A stretch of DNA of 63,814 nucleotides, filler included, from Octopus bimaculoides (GCF_001194135.2; 6 parts of 6 records of this genome joined end to end with filler, not necessarily neighbours in it), one strand, 5' to 3'; counted from the whole stretch's first letter, positions 13,785-27,109 are shown. Notes: a model not told the origin generated them from the sequence alone. Numbers and translations are program-made.

Positions 13785-14949
13785 AACTCTGAATGATCTT
13801 TCCTTGTATCATGTGTCTGGACGTTTTGCGTCCTTGTCCCATTCTGTATTATTTATACATATACATGTGTGTAGTGGTCAGCGATCTATCATGTCGAATA
13901 TATATATAAACCTACATAAACACATGTGAATACTCATATAAGCAATGGTGTAGAGAAACGAACTATGTGGAACTTCTTTGTACAATGAAGAAATAACCTC
14001 AGCCTATACCACACACACACACACATACACACACCAAGCTTCATGTAGTTTCTCTCTGTTAACTTCCAAAGAGAAAAGACAACCTGAAGCTGTGTTAGAA
14101 GAAGCTGGCTCAAGGTATTAATTATGCAGCATGATCAAACCTGAAGCCAAATGATTCTGCTAACGAGTGTCTTTACCATTTATCTATGACTTTGATCATG
14201 GCCTACTTTCATCAGGGTTGGCTAACTCTGGGTTAAACAACAGCAACAACATTGAGCAAACCTAAATTCATGAACCTTACTCCACTCTTTACTATAATTT
14301 TATTTCCACTTCCTCCCTTCTTTAATGCTCCACTGCTTCTCTTCTGTTCCCACCAGTCATGACATAAAAAAGTCATGGAAGGCTAAATAGTGAATAGCTA
14401 TTTTTCCTTTTGGCTGATCTNNNNNNNNNNNNNNNNNNNNNNNNNNNNNNNNNNNNNNNNNNNNNNNNNNNNNNNNNNNNNNNNNNNNNNNNNNNNNNNN
14501 NNNNNNNNNNNNNNNNNNNNNNNNNNNNNNNNNNNNNNNNNNNNNNNNNNNNNNNNNNNNNNNNNNNNNNNNNNNNNNNNNNNNNNNNNNNNNNNNNNNN
14601 NNNNNNNNNNNNNNNNNNNNNNNNNNNNNNNNNNNNNNNNNNNNNNNNNNNNNNNNNNNNNNNNNNNNNNNNNNNNNNNNNNNNNNNNNNNNNNNNNNNN
14701 NNNNNNNNNNNNNNNNNNNNNNNNNNNNNNNNNNNNNNNNNNNNNNNNNNNNNNNNNNNNNNNNNNNNNNNNNNNNNNNNNNNNNNNNNNNNNNNNNNNN
14801 NNNNNNNNNNNNNNNNNNNNNNNNNNNNNNNNNNNNNNNNNNNNNNNNNNNNNNNNNNNNNNNNNNNNNNNNNNNNNNNNNNNNNNNNNNNNNNNNNNNN
14901 NNNNNNNNNNNNNNNNNNNNNNNNNNNNNNNNNNNNNNNNNNNNNNNNN

Positions 14950-15269
14950 TCTCAACCATTTTTTATCTATGGACTCCTTTGATTACTATTTTATTCTGGT
15001 GGACCCCCATAGCTATTCTATGAATAAAAAAAAAAAAAAATTCATAGAAACTACTTTCATAATTCCTATTTTGTATTTTCACTCATTCACTTGTGTAGTT
15101 TGAACTCTGTAAAACATTAAAGAAAGAAACCCAGCTGTTTAGTGCAATACATACCAATACATACATTTAAAGCAAAATTTTTTCAGGGGCCCTTAAAATA
15201 CTTTTGTGGATCCCCAAAAATCTTATATGGACCCTCAGGGGCCTTATGGACCCAGGCTGAGAACCATTG
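14950..15269. mobile_element. hAT (Charlie-like) MITE, left end cut by gap
   Basis: Left ...TCTCAACC after the N gap and right GGCTGAGAACCATTG match the CAGTGGTTCTCAAC-type TIR. Confidence 0.55.
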
Positions 15270-16051
15270 AAGTAGACCTGTAAGGAAAGGCATTCCAGTC
15301 ATGACCACCCCATCTTTATCAGGTATATCTTAGGAATCAGATCATTTCAAATAAATATATCATTTTTTCTTCTTCTTAAGACAATGGGTGTGTGATTTGA
15401 AGAGATTTAGCTATTATTTCAAGCAGGTTGAGTTGGTCACTGAGCAACCACCTAGAGGCTTCTCCATTGGCATGTCCCAAACAGTTAATGTGAAGTTAAG
15501 ATCAATGTGCAGTTGAAATAAGCTTTTTACCGGGAGCTTAAATATTACTGAAAAATATGGAAGATTGTGTAATGGATTTAGCTGTGCAATAGAATCAAGC
15601 TATAAAAACACCAACACACCCAGATTGTGACACACTTAGCCAAACACACACACACACACACAGAAGAAACATAAAATAGGTCTGTATTCATGTGTAGACA
15701 TCAAGTTAAAAACATATAGCAAAGAACTAAAATAATAAGAATAGCAATAATAACATAATAATAATCATCATTTTTTTTTGTTGCTGTTGTTGTTGTTGTT
15801 GTTGTGACAAATATTTTCTTTCTTTTTTTTTCATCCTCTTCTTGCTAAATATATTTTCATAAAAGATTCCATCAGAAGGACTGACTGGCCTTGTTAATTA
15901 AAGACTTGCTTTAGAATCTTGGCTGATTGACTTTTTATAATTATTTAAATCTCCAAGAGGACGTTCTGCTTTTTATCTTTGTCTGTCTGTCTGTCTCTCT
16001 CTCATCTCTGCACGTGCAAATGCATTTGTTTTCAAAGTTTTTTCACATGCA

Positions 16052-16090
<39 letters not shown>

Positions 16091-16207
16091 NNNNNNNNNN
16101 NNNNNNNNNNNNNNNNNNNNNNNNNNNNNNNNNNNNNNNNNNNNNNNNNNNNNNNNNNNNNNNNNNNNNNNNNNNNNNNNNNNNNNNNNNNNNNNNNNNN
16201 NNNNNNN

Positions 16208-16249
<42 letters not shown>

Positions 16250-16844
16250 TGTATTTAAAACATGGAAGTGTAACTAATGCAATTTTGAAATATTGCTTTA
16301 AGAACACTTGTGAAGTTAAGGCATTTATTTAACACAGAGCAAATGACATTTTTAATTCGACATTATTATTATTATTATTATTATTATAAAAAACACTATT
16401 ATCATCTCTACAGCTACTGTAGTTTGCCATCTGTTGCTGTTCAGCCCTAGCTGAAGCTCCAACTGAGTAAACTGATGCTAGAGGTGTTCCAGCCAAAACC
16501 ATGCAGTCCTTTTCTCTGGCATTGCGTATTTATGCTCACAGCATCCTGTGAATCAGCGAATTATAGTGTCTGCCAGAAACCTGTAACCAATGATGTATTT
16601 GCAAAAAATGCATATAAAAATTAAAAATGAATTTTGACTACGCTGCCTCTTTAAAAATTCCATTCCAAATATGTCTTTAACACTTTTAGCATTTAAACCG
16701 GCCATATCCAGCTTGAATATTTCATCTGTCCTATGTTAAAACTGGCCAGATCCAGCCTCTCACTTGACAACTGATGTTGGTGTGTTTACATTCCTGTAAC
16801 TTAGTGGTTTGGCAAAAGAGACTGATAGAATAAATACTAGGCTT

Positions 16845-17063
16845 AAGGTGGCGAGCTTGCAGAAGCATTAGCATGTCCAGCAAAATGCTTAGGAGTATTT
16901 CGTCTGTCTTTGTGTTCTGGGTTCAAATTGCACCAAGGTCGACTTTGCCTTTCATCCTTTCGAGGTCGATAAATTGAGTACCAGTTGCATACTGGAGTCA
17001 ATCTAATCGACTGCCCCCCCCCTCCCCAAAATTTTCGGGTTTTGTGCCTAGAGTAGAAAAGAA
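16845..17063 (+). mobile_element. SINE family 1 inserted into a family 2 copy, with target-site duplication
   Basis: TACTAGGCTTA at 16835-16845 and 17068-17078; family 2 sequence on both sides. Confidence 0.85.
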
Positions 17064-17562
17064 TGAGTACTAGGCTTATGAAGNNNNNNNNNNNNNNNNN
17101 NNNNNNNNNNNNNNNNNNNNNNNNNNNNNNNNNNNNNNNNNNNNNNNNNNNNNNNNNNNNNNNNNNNNNNNNNNNNNNNNNNNNNNNNNNNNNNNNNNNN
17201 NNNNNNNNNNNNNNNNNNNNNNNNNNNNNNNNNNNNNNNNNNNNNNNNNNNNNNNNNNNNNNNNNNNNNNNNNNNNNNNNNNNNNNNNNNNNNNNNNNNN
17301 NNNTTTTTTTTTGTATCAAACAGGTATTTTATTTTGCTTAATTTTATTTTTATGTTTTTGTTGTAATATTCATAGAGTTCAGTGATGCAAAGAGGTTAGT
17401 GTTTAGGGAGGAAGATGGGGCTTAGGAGCGAACCAGGGAGGAATAAATAATATTTTCTAAATAAAATATGAAAATAGAACACAAACATTACTCCAAAAAA
17501 AACAAAACAAAAAAAAAAGCAGAAAAAGAAAATTCCCACACATGCAGAAAATAAGTGGTTAA

Positions 17563-17963
17563 AGTGGTTTGTGTGGTTGATAAGCTTGTTTTTCGAATCT
17601 GTGGTCTTGAGTTCAATCCCACTGCATGGTACCTTGAGCAAATGTCTTTCTACTATAGCCACAGACCAACCAATGTCTTGTGAGTAGATTTGGTAGAGGG
17701 AAACTGAAAGGGGGCTATTTGTGTGTGTGTGTGTGTGTGTGTCACTGTGTTTGTGTTGTTTGTCCCACTACCACTTGACAACCAGTGTTGGTTTGTTTAT
17801 GTCACTGTAACTTAGTAGTCCTGCCAAAGTGACAAATAGAATAAATACTTGACTCAAAAAGCATAAAATGAATACTGGAATTTATTCATTTAGCTTAACC
17901 CTTCAAGGTGGTGCTTTAGTATGACCGAAGCCCAATGACTGAGAAACAAGTTAAAGATGAAAG
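17563..17963 (+). mobile_element. SINE family 2, diverged
   Basis: Colinear with 10521-10887. Confidence 0.8.
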
Positions 17964-18724
17964 CTTGTGTGTGTGTGTGTGTGTGTGAAGGTAAGATCCA
18001 AGGATCAAGGTGTAGGAAAATAGTAAGCTTCAAGCAGTCTGTAGAAGGTATAAAAATCAACTTTCAGGAACAATAATGGTTTATTGACGTAGAAGTTTAT
18101 AGATTTTTCCCTGTATTGAAGTTCGATAAGCTGAAAAAGCATATGTAACCTGGATTTTATCTACTCCATTCTCTTACTTTGGAGATAGATAGATAGATAG
18201 ATAGATGTGTGTGTAGAATTAAGAAACTAGACCTGGTGAGAGGGAGTGAAGAAGGAGGCGGGGTGTAAGTGGGAGGAGATTAAGTGAAATCGTTTAGCTG
18301 CTTTAGAGGGATTAAGCTTGTGGAGGCTGTGTATCTTGTGAGCATTTCTAGTACTTCAATACAAATAAGCACCAGAGGCCCTTAAGGTCAGTCTGTATGT
18401 GTAATGTTTCCCTGTTCTCATCTCATTAATTAAGAGATTGTAAGGTCTTAAAATCAAAAAGAAAAACATTCTTCACATGATGCTATTTGTATTAAACTCT
18501 GAGTCACTAGACCCCCCCCCCCATTGCAAATGAAATCTGTTAATCTCTTGTGATTATGTTTTAAAGGCTGATACAACTGACAAGGATAACAATAATAATA
18601 ATAATGATAATAATAATTATGGTTTATTTGCTGAAGGGGTAAATATAAATATGGCTGATGCAGATCCTGAGCTGATGATTTCTAATAACAGGGTCCTTTC
18701 TCTTATTTAATAATGATAATAAAT

Positions 18725-18940
18725 ATCCTTTCTGCTATAGTTATAAGGGTTGAAATTTGGGGGAGGGGTTAAGTCGATTACATCGACCTCAGTACTTGAC
18801 CGGTACTTAATTTATCTAACTCCGAAAGGATGAAAGGCAAAGTCGACTTTAGCAGGACTTGAGCTTAGAATGTAGCAACGGGAGAAATACCACTAAGCAT
18901 TTCGCCCGGCTTGCTAACAGTACCGTCAGCTTGCCACCTT
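18725..18940 (-). mobile_element. SINE family 1
   Basis: Reverse complement of head, core (GGATGAAAGGCAAAGTCGAC) and tail. Confidence 0.85.
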
Positions 18941-18991
18941 AATCTGGTAATAATGATGGACTCTCATGCTGGAGATGATATATGAGTTTTT

Positions 18992-19169
18992 CAGGTTGAA
19001 AGAGTGAGAGAAAGTTGTGGTGAAAGAGTACTGCAGGGTTCCCCCGCCAGAGCCTTGGGGAGCTTTGGGTGTTTTTGCTTAATAAACACTCAATGCCTGG
19101 TCTGGGAATCGAAATCGCAATCCCATGACTGCGAGTCTGCCGCCCTAACCACTGGGCCATTGTGCCACC
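18992..19169 (-). mobile_element. tRNA-derived SINE, family 3
   Basis: Minus strand GGTGGCACAATGGCCCAGTGGTTAGGGCGGCAGACTCGC...TTCGATTCCC has A/B boxes and continues into a non-tRNA body. Confidence 0.7.
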
Positions 19170-19736
19170 GAATCAGAAAATAGAGGGAAAGAAAGGTGGA
19201 GATTAGTATCAAAAGAAAGAAGAATTTTTATTATATATATATATATATATATATATATTCTTAAAATAGCAAAGTGGAGAATTCAAATGATAAATTACAA
19301 GTGTGTGTGTGTATATGTGTATGCATGCATGTGTGTGTTTGTATGTATGTATGTATATATTATTTTAATGAAGTATATTAATTGTTACTAACATCATTAT
19401 GGTGATTAATATTATTATTATCATGCCTTCTGATATTTATTTATTTATTTATTTAATTATTTTCTGTTTTCATAATTTCTGAAAGAACTCAGCAAGACAT
19501 TAATCCTTATTTTTATGCCTATTTCTATGCAATTCCCTCCTTTATTCCATTACAGCAGCAGCAGCAACAGTAGCAGCAGGCTGCAAGATCCTTTTCATTA
19601 TGGTTTGGTTGGTGGGGTGGGGGTAGAGGGTTTGAAAGTGGAGATGGGGTACAGATGATGATGATGATGGTGATGATGACCCTGGCTGGGGCAGTAGTTA
19701 AGGCAATGCAGTTTGAACTAATTACACTTATACTTT

Positions 19737-19950
19737 ATTATTGTTATTATTATTATTATTATTGTTATTAATATTATTGTTATTGTTATTAATATTATTA
19801 TTATTATTGTTATTAATATTATTATTATTATTATCATTATTATTATTGTTATTATTATTGTTATTATTATTATTATTATTACTATTATCATTATTATTAT
19901 TTATTCTTATTATTGTTATTGTTGTTGTTGTTGTTGTTGTTACTATTATT
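19737..19950. repeat. Compound (TTA)n/(TTG)n microsatellite
   Basis: Directly visible; source of the poly-Leu ORF. Confidence 0.97.
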
Positions 19951-20296
19951 ATAAGCCATCACTTAAAATGATTGTCTTCTGCTCATCTACTTAAGCGTTA
20001 AGTGGGAAGAATACTCCAGAGTTTTAACGCTTTACTCTCTTTGCTAGCTCTTCTCTCCCCGCCCCTCCTGCTCAGCACTGAATCAGTGATATACCAATGA
20101 TGTGTCTATGACATTGCCATGGTGTTTGGGTTTATTCTCCGCTCGTTATTTCGTTCTTTCCTTTAAGATGGTTTAAATTTTATCCTGAAACTTCTATGTT
20201 TACACTAAGTTAATTCATCTGTCTCTCACTATTTGTCTGATCTACTTAGATATATAAGACTGACAGATAATAGATTTGCATGTGTGTGTATGTTTG

Positions 20297-20381
<85 letters not shown>

Positions 20382-21102
20382 CAGATAGATAAATAAAACT
20401 TCTCTCCATATCTATATACATGCACATACACTCTCATGCATCTATATATAGAGAGAAGATTAATATATAAATTAATATATAAACAACCTAACAATATGAT
20501 AACAATCACTTCTAAATTATGTATCTCAATTACATAATTATATAACCTTGTTTAATGTCAATGAAACAGCTGTTGAGCACAATTAAATTGTGAGCTATAT
20601 GTGAAAATTATGCCTTCTGGTTTTTTTCTAAATATTTGATCAAGTCATTAGACTGCAGCCACCTTTTCTTTTATTCTTTTACTTGTTTCAGTCATTTGAC
20701 TGTGGCCATGCTGGTGCATCGCCTTTAAGTCAAACAAATCAACCCCGGGACTTTTACTTTGTAAGCCTAGTACTTATTCTATCAGTCTCTTTTGCCGAAC
20801 CGCTAGGTTACAGGGATGAGCAAAGTCAACCTTAATGGAATTTGAACTCAGAATGTAGAGCTAGGAGAAATGCCGCTAAGTATTTTGTCCAAGTAGAATA
20901 TTTGGGCCAGATGTGGCTGGTTTAACACATAAAGCGTGACTGGCCACAATCGTGGCCATCAGGTACAGGTCAACAGGCTACGATCATGGCCCAGATAGAT
21001 GCATTTAATGTATGGGCATTTGTTGGGGTCTAATGTCACTCAAACGCTCCGATACCCACCAGAATGCAAGAGGACTAAATAGTTCAACTAATGACTTTTC
21101 AG

Positions 21103-21216
21103 GTAGAAACTCTGCCAAATCAGATTGGAGCCTGGTGTAGCCATCTGGTTCACCAGTCCTCAGTCAAATCGTCCAACCCATGCTAGCATGGAAAGCGGAC
21201 GTTAAACGATGATGAT
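21103..21216 (+). mobile_element. 3' terminus of RTE-type LINE with (GAT)n tail
   Basis: GTAGAAACTCTGCCAAATCAG...CCATGCTAGCATGGAAAGCGGACGTTAAACGATGATGAT, shared with 26990-27109 and 37935-38177. Confidence 0.8.
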
Positions 21217-22224
21217 CATGTAGTCTGATTTTCATGAAATATGCTCAGCAGTCCATGCCATGTAAGTGCAAACCCCCAGTACTTTATGGGTTAAATGCTA
21301 AAGAATTAAATACTGGCTGCTATTTCTAGCATTTTCAGTGGCTCAGATAATGCATTTCTTTCTTTCTTTCCAACATGTCTTCATCAAACTTCCTTGCTGC
21401 TGTTGATTGTTGGCTCGCCATCTTTTTGTTCTCTTTTAACCTATTTCCAAGATAACTCTGCCCAAACTTCCTCACTGAGACTATTGTGACCTCACTCACT
21501 CTGTTGGTGGTTTCTGAGTTAGGTTCAAGTTAAAATTCTTCAGTAGTAAACTAGACCCAAGACAGTCTGTAACAGTTCCATTATGTTGATGATGTTGTTG
21601 TTTTGAGGGGTGGTGGCTTAACACATTATTACAGCAAAATATCTCCTACATTGGAGTCAGTTTGTTACTGTTTCTTACTCTTTGTGACTCCACTTCATGT
21701 GGTATCACAAAGGCCTTCTTTCATACATGCATTCATGTGTGTGTATGCATATCAACTTATATGTATATGCATGTATGTATATATATATGAGAGAGAGAGG
21801 ATGCAAAGTGTTATCAGAGTTGATTCAGATGTCTTTTTGTTTTATTTTTTTATTTTCATTTCATTTTATTTTATTTTTTTTTTAAGTTAAAAATAAAACA
21901 AAACAGATTTTTCTGATGCTGTATGTGTCTTTATACAATTGTTGGTTTTGTCATCACCACAGTCAAATTCAGCTCTATTATTATATCTCTATCACCGTCA
22001 TCTTACTTAAATGCTATACACCACCACCACCACCACCACCACCATCATCATCACTACTATCATTATGTAATCTTTGCCCATATTTCAAATGTTTTATTAT
22101 TTATAAACTACCAAAAGTCTCAAAACCTCTTTGTTATAGCCAGCAAGAATTTCTTTTCTTGACAACAACAGTATTATTTACATTATTTACATTTGACGGA
22201 TATTTGTCTTCATCTTGTTTGCTG

Positions 22225-22270
22225 TTAGCACGTTTCGGTTGATATACCTTCCAGCCTTCATCTGGTGTCT
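22225..22270 (-). ncRNA. Degenerate minimal hammerhead ribozyme motif (Penelope-type)
   Basis: Minus strand GACAC-CAGATGA-AGGCTG...CAACC-GAAAC-GTG; the core reads CAGAUGA instead of CUGAUGA, so probably inactive. Confidence 0.45.
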
Positions 22271-22309
22271 TGGGGAAATTTCGAACCTGGGTTCTCATTC
22301 CTAAGTTAT

Positions 22310-22822
22310 AGAACTGAACAGCCTCTCACACCTACCCTACATTGTCATTCTATATATAGACAATAACATCATCAAAATCTCAAATCTATGAAAATACATG
22401 ATTAATTCAAAATAATATGAACAAGAGTACTCAGAGAGTGCAAACCTCTGCCATGACAACACCAACATCCTCTCAAAGATTAGCCAGAGATGATTTTTAA
22501 AATGAGAATATCTGAAATAAACTCGACTGCTCTCACAAACGAGAATACTAAAAAATGAACCCGACTGCTCTCAAAAATTAAGAAAAAAACAAAAATAATC
22601 CAGAATCCTTGTCTGGTACTGGATTGATCCTAAAATCTAATCAGTTCATGCCAGTCACGAGGCCAAACATCCCTGAAAGTTTCATCTGAATCTATCCAGC
22701 AGTTCTTGAGATATCTTGTCCACAGACAAACAAACACAACTGAAAACAATATCTCCGCCTTCACTAAGGTGGAGGTATTAAATAAGCTTTACATTTGTCA
22801 GAGTAATTTGAATGCTAAAGGG
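22310..22822 (+). mobile_element. piggyBac-like MITE remnant interrupted by a Helentron-like element
   Basis: Flanks align to 12879-13100 on both sides of the insert; ends GAATGCTAAAGGG-TTAA. Confidence 0.65.
22420..22778 (+). mobile_element. Helentron-associated/DINE-1-like non-autonomous element (HINE)
   Basis: 5' ACCTCTGCC echoed by 3' ATCTCCGCC; 3' hairpin CTCCGCCTT-CACT-AAGGTGGAG (22753-22774); ACAAAC simple repeat upstream of it; no TSD. Confidence 0.65.
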
Positions 22823-23094
22823 TTAAAGCATCTTGTTCACTCTACCACAACCAACCAGTCTGTTCATGCTCTTACAACCAAAGCAGCTCATTCTCTCTCT
22901 CTCTCTCTCTTTCCCCCCATGACCGTCAAACCCAGCTCGTTCTTTCTCCCATGACCGTCAAACCAGCTCGTCCACTATGCCACAGTCATTTTACCCATTC
23001 TGCCAAATACAAAATGACATCAAAATATGAAGCTTCAAATTTTTGTTTTAACTGAGCAAAAGACCCTTGGTTTTTATAAACCAATGTTTACCCT

Positions 23095-23194
23095 NNNNNN
23101 NNNNNNNNNNNNNNNNNNNNNNNNNNNNNNNNNNNNNNTTAATTAATTAANNNNNNNNNNNNNNNNNNNNNNNNNNNNNNNNNNNNNNNNNNNN
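23095..23194. other. Artificial scaffold spacer 44N-TTAATTAATTAA-44N
   Basis: Exact 100-nt pattern, palindromic all-frame stop linker, seen five times. Confidence 0.97.
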
Positions 23195-24949
23195 CGTACG
23201 TTCGAATTCCGCTCGAACAGATGCACGTATGTTCGAATTGCACGTACGTATGAATCTGTGTTTGTGATCATGTATGTCGTTTTTTTTACATATGCATGGT
23301 GTGGTGTTATTGTTGTTATTTTGACTCCGTTCGGCCTCCCTCTGCACTTATGTCATTGATGGAGAGACATGGGTATTAAAATTGGCTCGCTTAAATTTGA
23401 TTATGCAATCTCAATTACTCAATCAGTCAGATAGTCACACTCAACTTATTTCTGAATCAACAATTGAGACTACAGTCACTCAGCTTGCAAGAAATAGCAG
23501 TCAAATATTGCTCATGCCACATTCTATTGTCTTTGAATATGAAATAATAGTTTAAAATATTCGGTTTCTTCAAGGCCATCCTCCAGAACTAAAATTCAAA
23601 TTTTTTTTTCTTTTAATATTATTTATTTAACAATGAAAAGTATTATGCAATATAAACAAAGAACTAAAACAACAGGGGAAAAAATGCAAATCTTTTAGAC
23701 TTTTTTTTATTAATTTCTGTAAATCCAGGAAAAATCTTCTGATGCTGAAAGCACATGCTTATTTTATTTAATGGTTGGTCTGGGTCTGCTCATTGTGGTT
23801 TAGCCCTAAGTCAGTTGTGATACACTGGAGACAGACGGAGCTCTATTGTATGAAGTGAAACTGGCATTAAATGTGATAGTTTTATCATCAGGCAATATAC
23901 TTATGGAGGAGTCATATTGAGAAGTGGAGGACATTAGCATGTCTAGTAGGGTGTTCCTGTAGGTGTAGACAGCATCTCTTTGCAGAGTGTGTGTGTGTTA
24001 GGCCAAACAACTGAAATTTGTATCACCAATGACTTCTGCAGTGTGCATGTGTGCAGCATGGTTAGTATGTGCATATGTATACAGCATATTGTACAGTGTG
24101 TGTGTGTATCAAAATAAGGATAATGTGTCCGAAATAAATTTTTTTTTAAATATTCAGAGTTGTCTTCTTATTGTGACGGGAAGGAGAGAAGTATCTGTCA
24201 GGTTTGTTCTGCACCTGACATCTTTAAACCCATGTTTAATAGTAATCACTACTCCATAACCATCATCGTTATAGCATCCCTATCTCACTCTACTAGCATT
24301 TTTACACCTACATTACCAGGTGGCTACCATCAAACTAAACTACAACACACATTATTGTTTAGTGAGAGAAAAAAAAGAGTAGTGCCTATGCCACTTTACA
24401 AAGCTGGTGAGACTCAAAAGAGGAAGGTATCCTTACACAGGGGACCAGCCCCAAATATTTGTAACAGAGAGGGCTCGACTAAAAGAACCTAACAGCCAGG
24501 TAGAGATGCTAAATCAAATGATGGATAAAATCTACTTTGTATGTTGCATCATTTTAAATGATACATTATACCAAGATCATCTCTGATTAAAACAGATATA
24601 TGATGAAAGATGTTCCTGTGACTGTTCCAACGTCTTGCATATCCAGGTACACATTATCCAATGCATTTTATAAGATGGTACAAAGTGAGTTGAGGAAAAT
24701 TTGGTAGCTTTTTCAAGCAGGTGAAACAACCGCAAAGAGGCTCCCTCATTGGATCACATCCAACTTTGGTGAAGAAACATGTTCATTTGACTGACAGTCT
24801 GTACAACTGTTGCATTATTTGTGGAGATAATCAGTATCACTGTCTCTGCTAATAGGGCATAGTCTGTACCTCTCCCCCTTTGGAAGAGCTACACGTTATG
24901 GCACTAAATGATGTTTTTTATGATCCCTAATAATCCACCTAATTTAAAA

Positions 24950-25178
24950 CTACTCATTTTACTTGTTTCAGTTTCTGGGTTGTGGCTAAGCTGGGGCACC
25001 AACTTTAAGGGTTTTAGTTGAATAAATTGACCCCAGTACTTATTTTTTTTAAAGTCTAGCACTTATTTTATCAGTCTTTTGTCAAACTTCTAAATTATAA
25101 GGACAAAACAAACCAATACCAGTTGTCAAGGTCAGGTCGTGCCAGGACTAACAAAGTAAAGAGAAAGGGAGACACACA

Positions 25179-25216
<38 letters not shown>

Positions 25217-25360
25217 GGGGTTCCACACAATTTCTGACTACCAAAATTCACTCACAAAGCTTTTGCTCGTCCAGGGTTATAACAGAAGACACCTGCAGTG
25301 GGTCTGAACCTGAAATCACATGGTTGTAAAGCAAGCTTCTTAACCACACAACCATGCCTG
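24950..25360 (-). mobile_element. SINE family 2, diverged
   Basis: Reverse-complement match to 10521-10887 with an internal (CA)n. Confidence 0.75.
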
Positions 25361-25368
25361 CAGCTATC

Positions 25369-25402
<34 letters not shown>

Positions 25403-25679
25403 CACACACATATATATATATACACATATATATACACATATATATATACACGTATATATATATATATACATATATATACATACATATACATATATATACA
25501 TANNNNNNNNNNNNNNNNNNNNNNNNNNNNNNNNNNNNNNNNNNNNNNNNNNNNNNNNNNNNNNNNNNNNNNNNNNNNNNNNNNNNNNNNNNNNNNNNNN
25601 NNATGTGTATATGTATGTATATGTGTATATATATATGTGTATATGTATATATATGTGTATTTGTATATATATGTATGTA

Positions 25680-25729
<50 letters not shown>

Positions 25730-25756
25730 GTATGTATGAATGTATATGTATATATA

Positions 25757-26620
25757 TGTAATTATTTGTATCTAAAGCGTCACCTTTACCTTTGTAACAG
25801 TTGACTATGGTGCTGCTACACCAGTCATTGGGTATGACTCTTTTGTGTATCACCTGGTTAACAATACGGGTGACTAGACTATAGCCGACACTACCTGATA
25901 TTTTGAGCATCTCTGCAGTGATTCCTAATGGGCCGGGGCTTTCCCTGTCTTCATAATCTTAATTGCTTTATCTACCATGGTACTGTCAATTCGGATAGCT
26001 GGTAACCTCTGTTGGGTCGACATTCGGCAGACTCGCTTTCTCCCATTCATTCTCTTTATTGAGCAATCTTTCGTAGTGGCGTCTCCAAGCCTCTTTCTTT
26101 GCAGCCTCGTTTAGTGCAAGCGTACCATCATCCATGCGAACACATTTCTCTCCCACGACATCACGATTCTCTCTCGCACACTGTCTTGCAACACGAAATA
26201 GCTCAAGTCTTTGGTCTTCACAGCGCAGAATATTGGCAAACTTTTTCTTATCTGCTTCCCTTCTGGCTAAATAAACCTGTCTCCTAGCTTCCCTTCTAGC
26301 AGTCTAATACAATTCCCTGCTACCTCCATTCTTCCAGTCCTTCCAAGCCTGTTTCTTTAGTCTAATAGCTCTGTCAACCACATTGTTCCACCACCACGTT
26401 ACTTTGGGTCGGGAGGGGACTTTACATCAGCCACAGATCTGGTCAGTGGCTCTCAACAGGTTGTCCCGTAGGAACCTCCAGTTGTCTTCCACATTGTATG
26501 ATGCTATATCCCCTTCTATTTCGTCAAATGCTTCAAGTAGTATGACCCTAAATCTATGTCCATTTGCAGGATCTTTAAGCTTCCAAACCCTTCTCCTCCA
26601 AGCCGGTCTAGCACCAGCGT
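25757..26620 (-). mobile_element. RTE-clade LINE ORF fragment (post-endonuclease linker to RT start), disrupted
   Basis: Translates [61 protein letters not shown]; stops and frameshifts present. Confidence 0.9.
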
Positions 26621-27109
26621 GATCGTTACCAACGTCACCTTCCTGGCACTTGTGCCAGTGGCACGTGAAAAGACATTCGAGCAAGATCGTTGACAGTGCC
26701 GATGGACTGGCTCCTGTGTAGGTGACACATATAATATACCTTTTCGAGCGTGGCCGTTGATCGTTACCAATTTCGCCTTCCTGGCACTTGTGCCAGTGTC
26801 ACGTGAAAAGACATTCGAGCGAGATCTTTGCCAGTGCCGATGGACTGGCTCCTGTGCAGGTGGCACATAAAATACACCATTTTGAGTGTGGGCGTCGCCA
26901 GTACCTGCTTGACTGGCCCTCGTGTCAGTGGTACGTAAAAGCACCCAATACACTCTCGGAGTGGTTGGCGTTAGGAAGGGCATCCAGCTGTAGAAACTCT
27001 GCCAAATCAGATTGGAGGCTGGTGTCGCCTCCTGGCACACCAGTCCTCAGTCAAATCGTCCAACCCATGCTAGCATGGAAAGCGGACGTTAAATGATGAT
27101 GATGATGAT
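26621..27109 (+). mobile_element. RTE-type LINE 3' UTR with two 138-bp tandem units and (GAT)n tail
   Basis: GATCGTTACCA at 26621 and 26759; terminal sequence shared with 21103 and 37935. Confidence 0.8.

Noticed and set aside
19640-19720. His-rich/Pro-rich coding-like stretch on the minus strand
   Set aside because: Explained by (GAT)n and G-run simple repeats; no splice support.
19741-19971. Poly-Leu/Val membrane-like ORF
   Set aside because: Translation of a (TTA)/(TTG) microsatellite.
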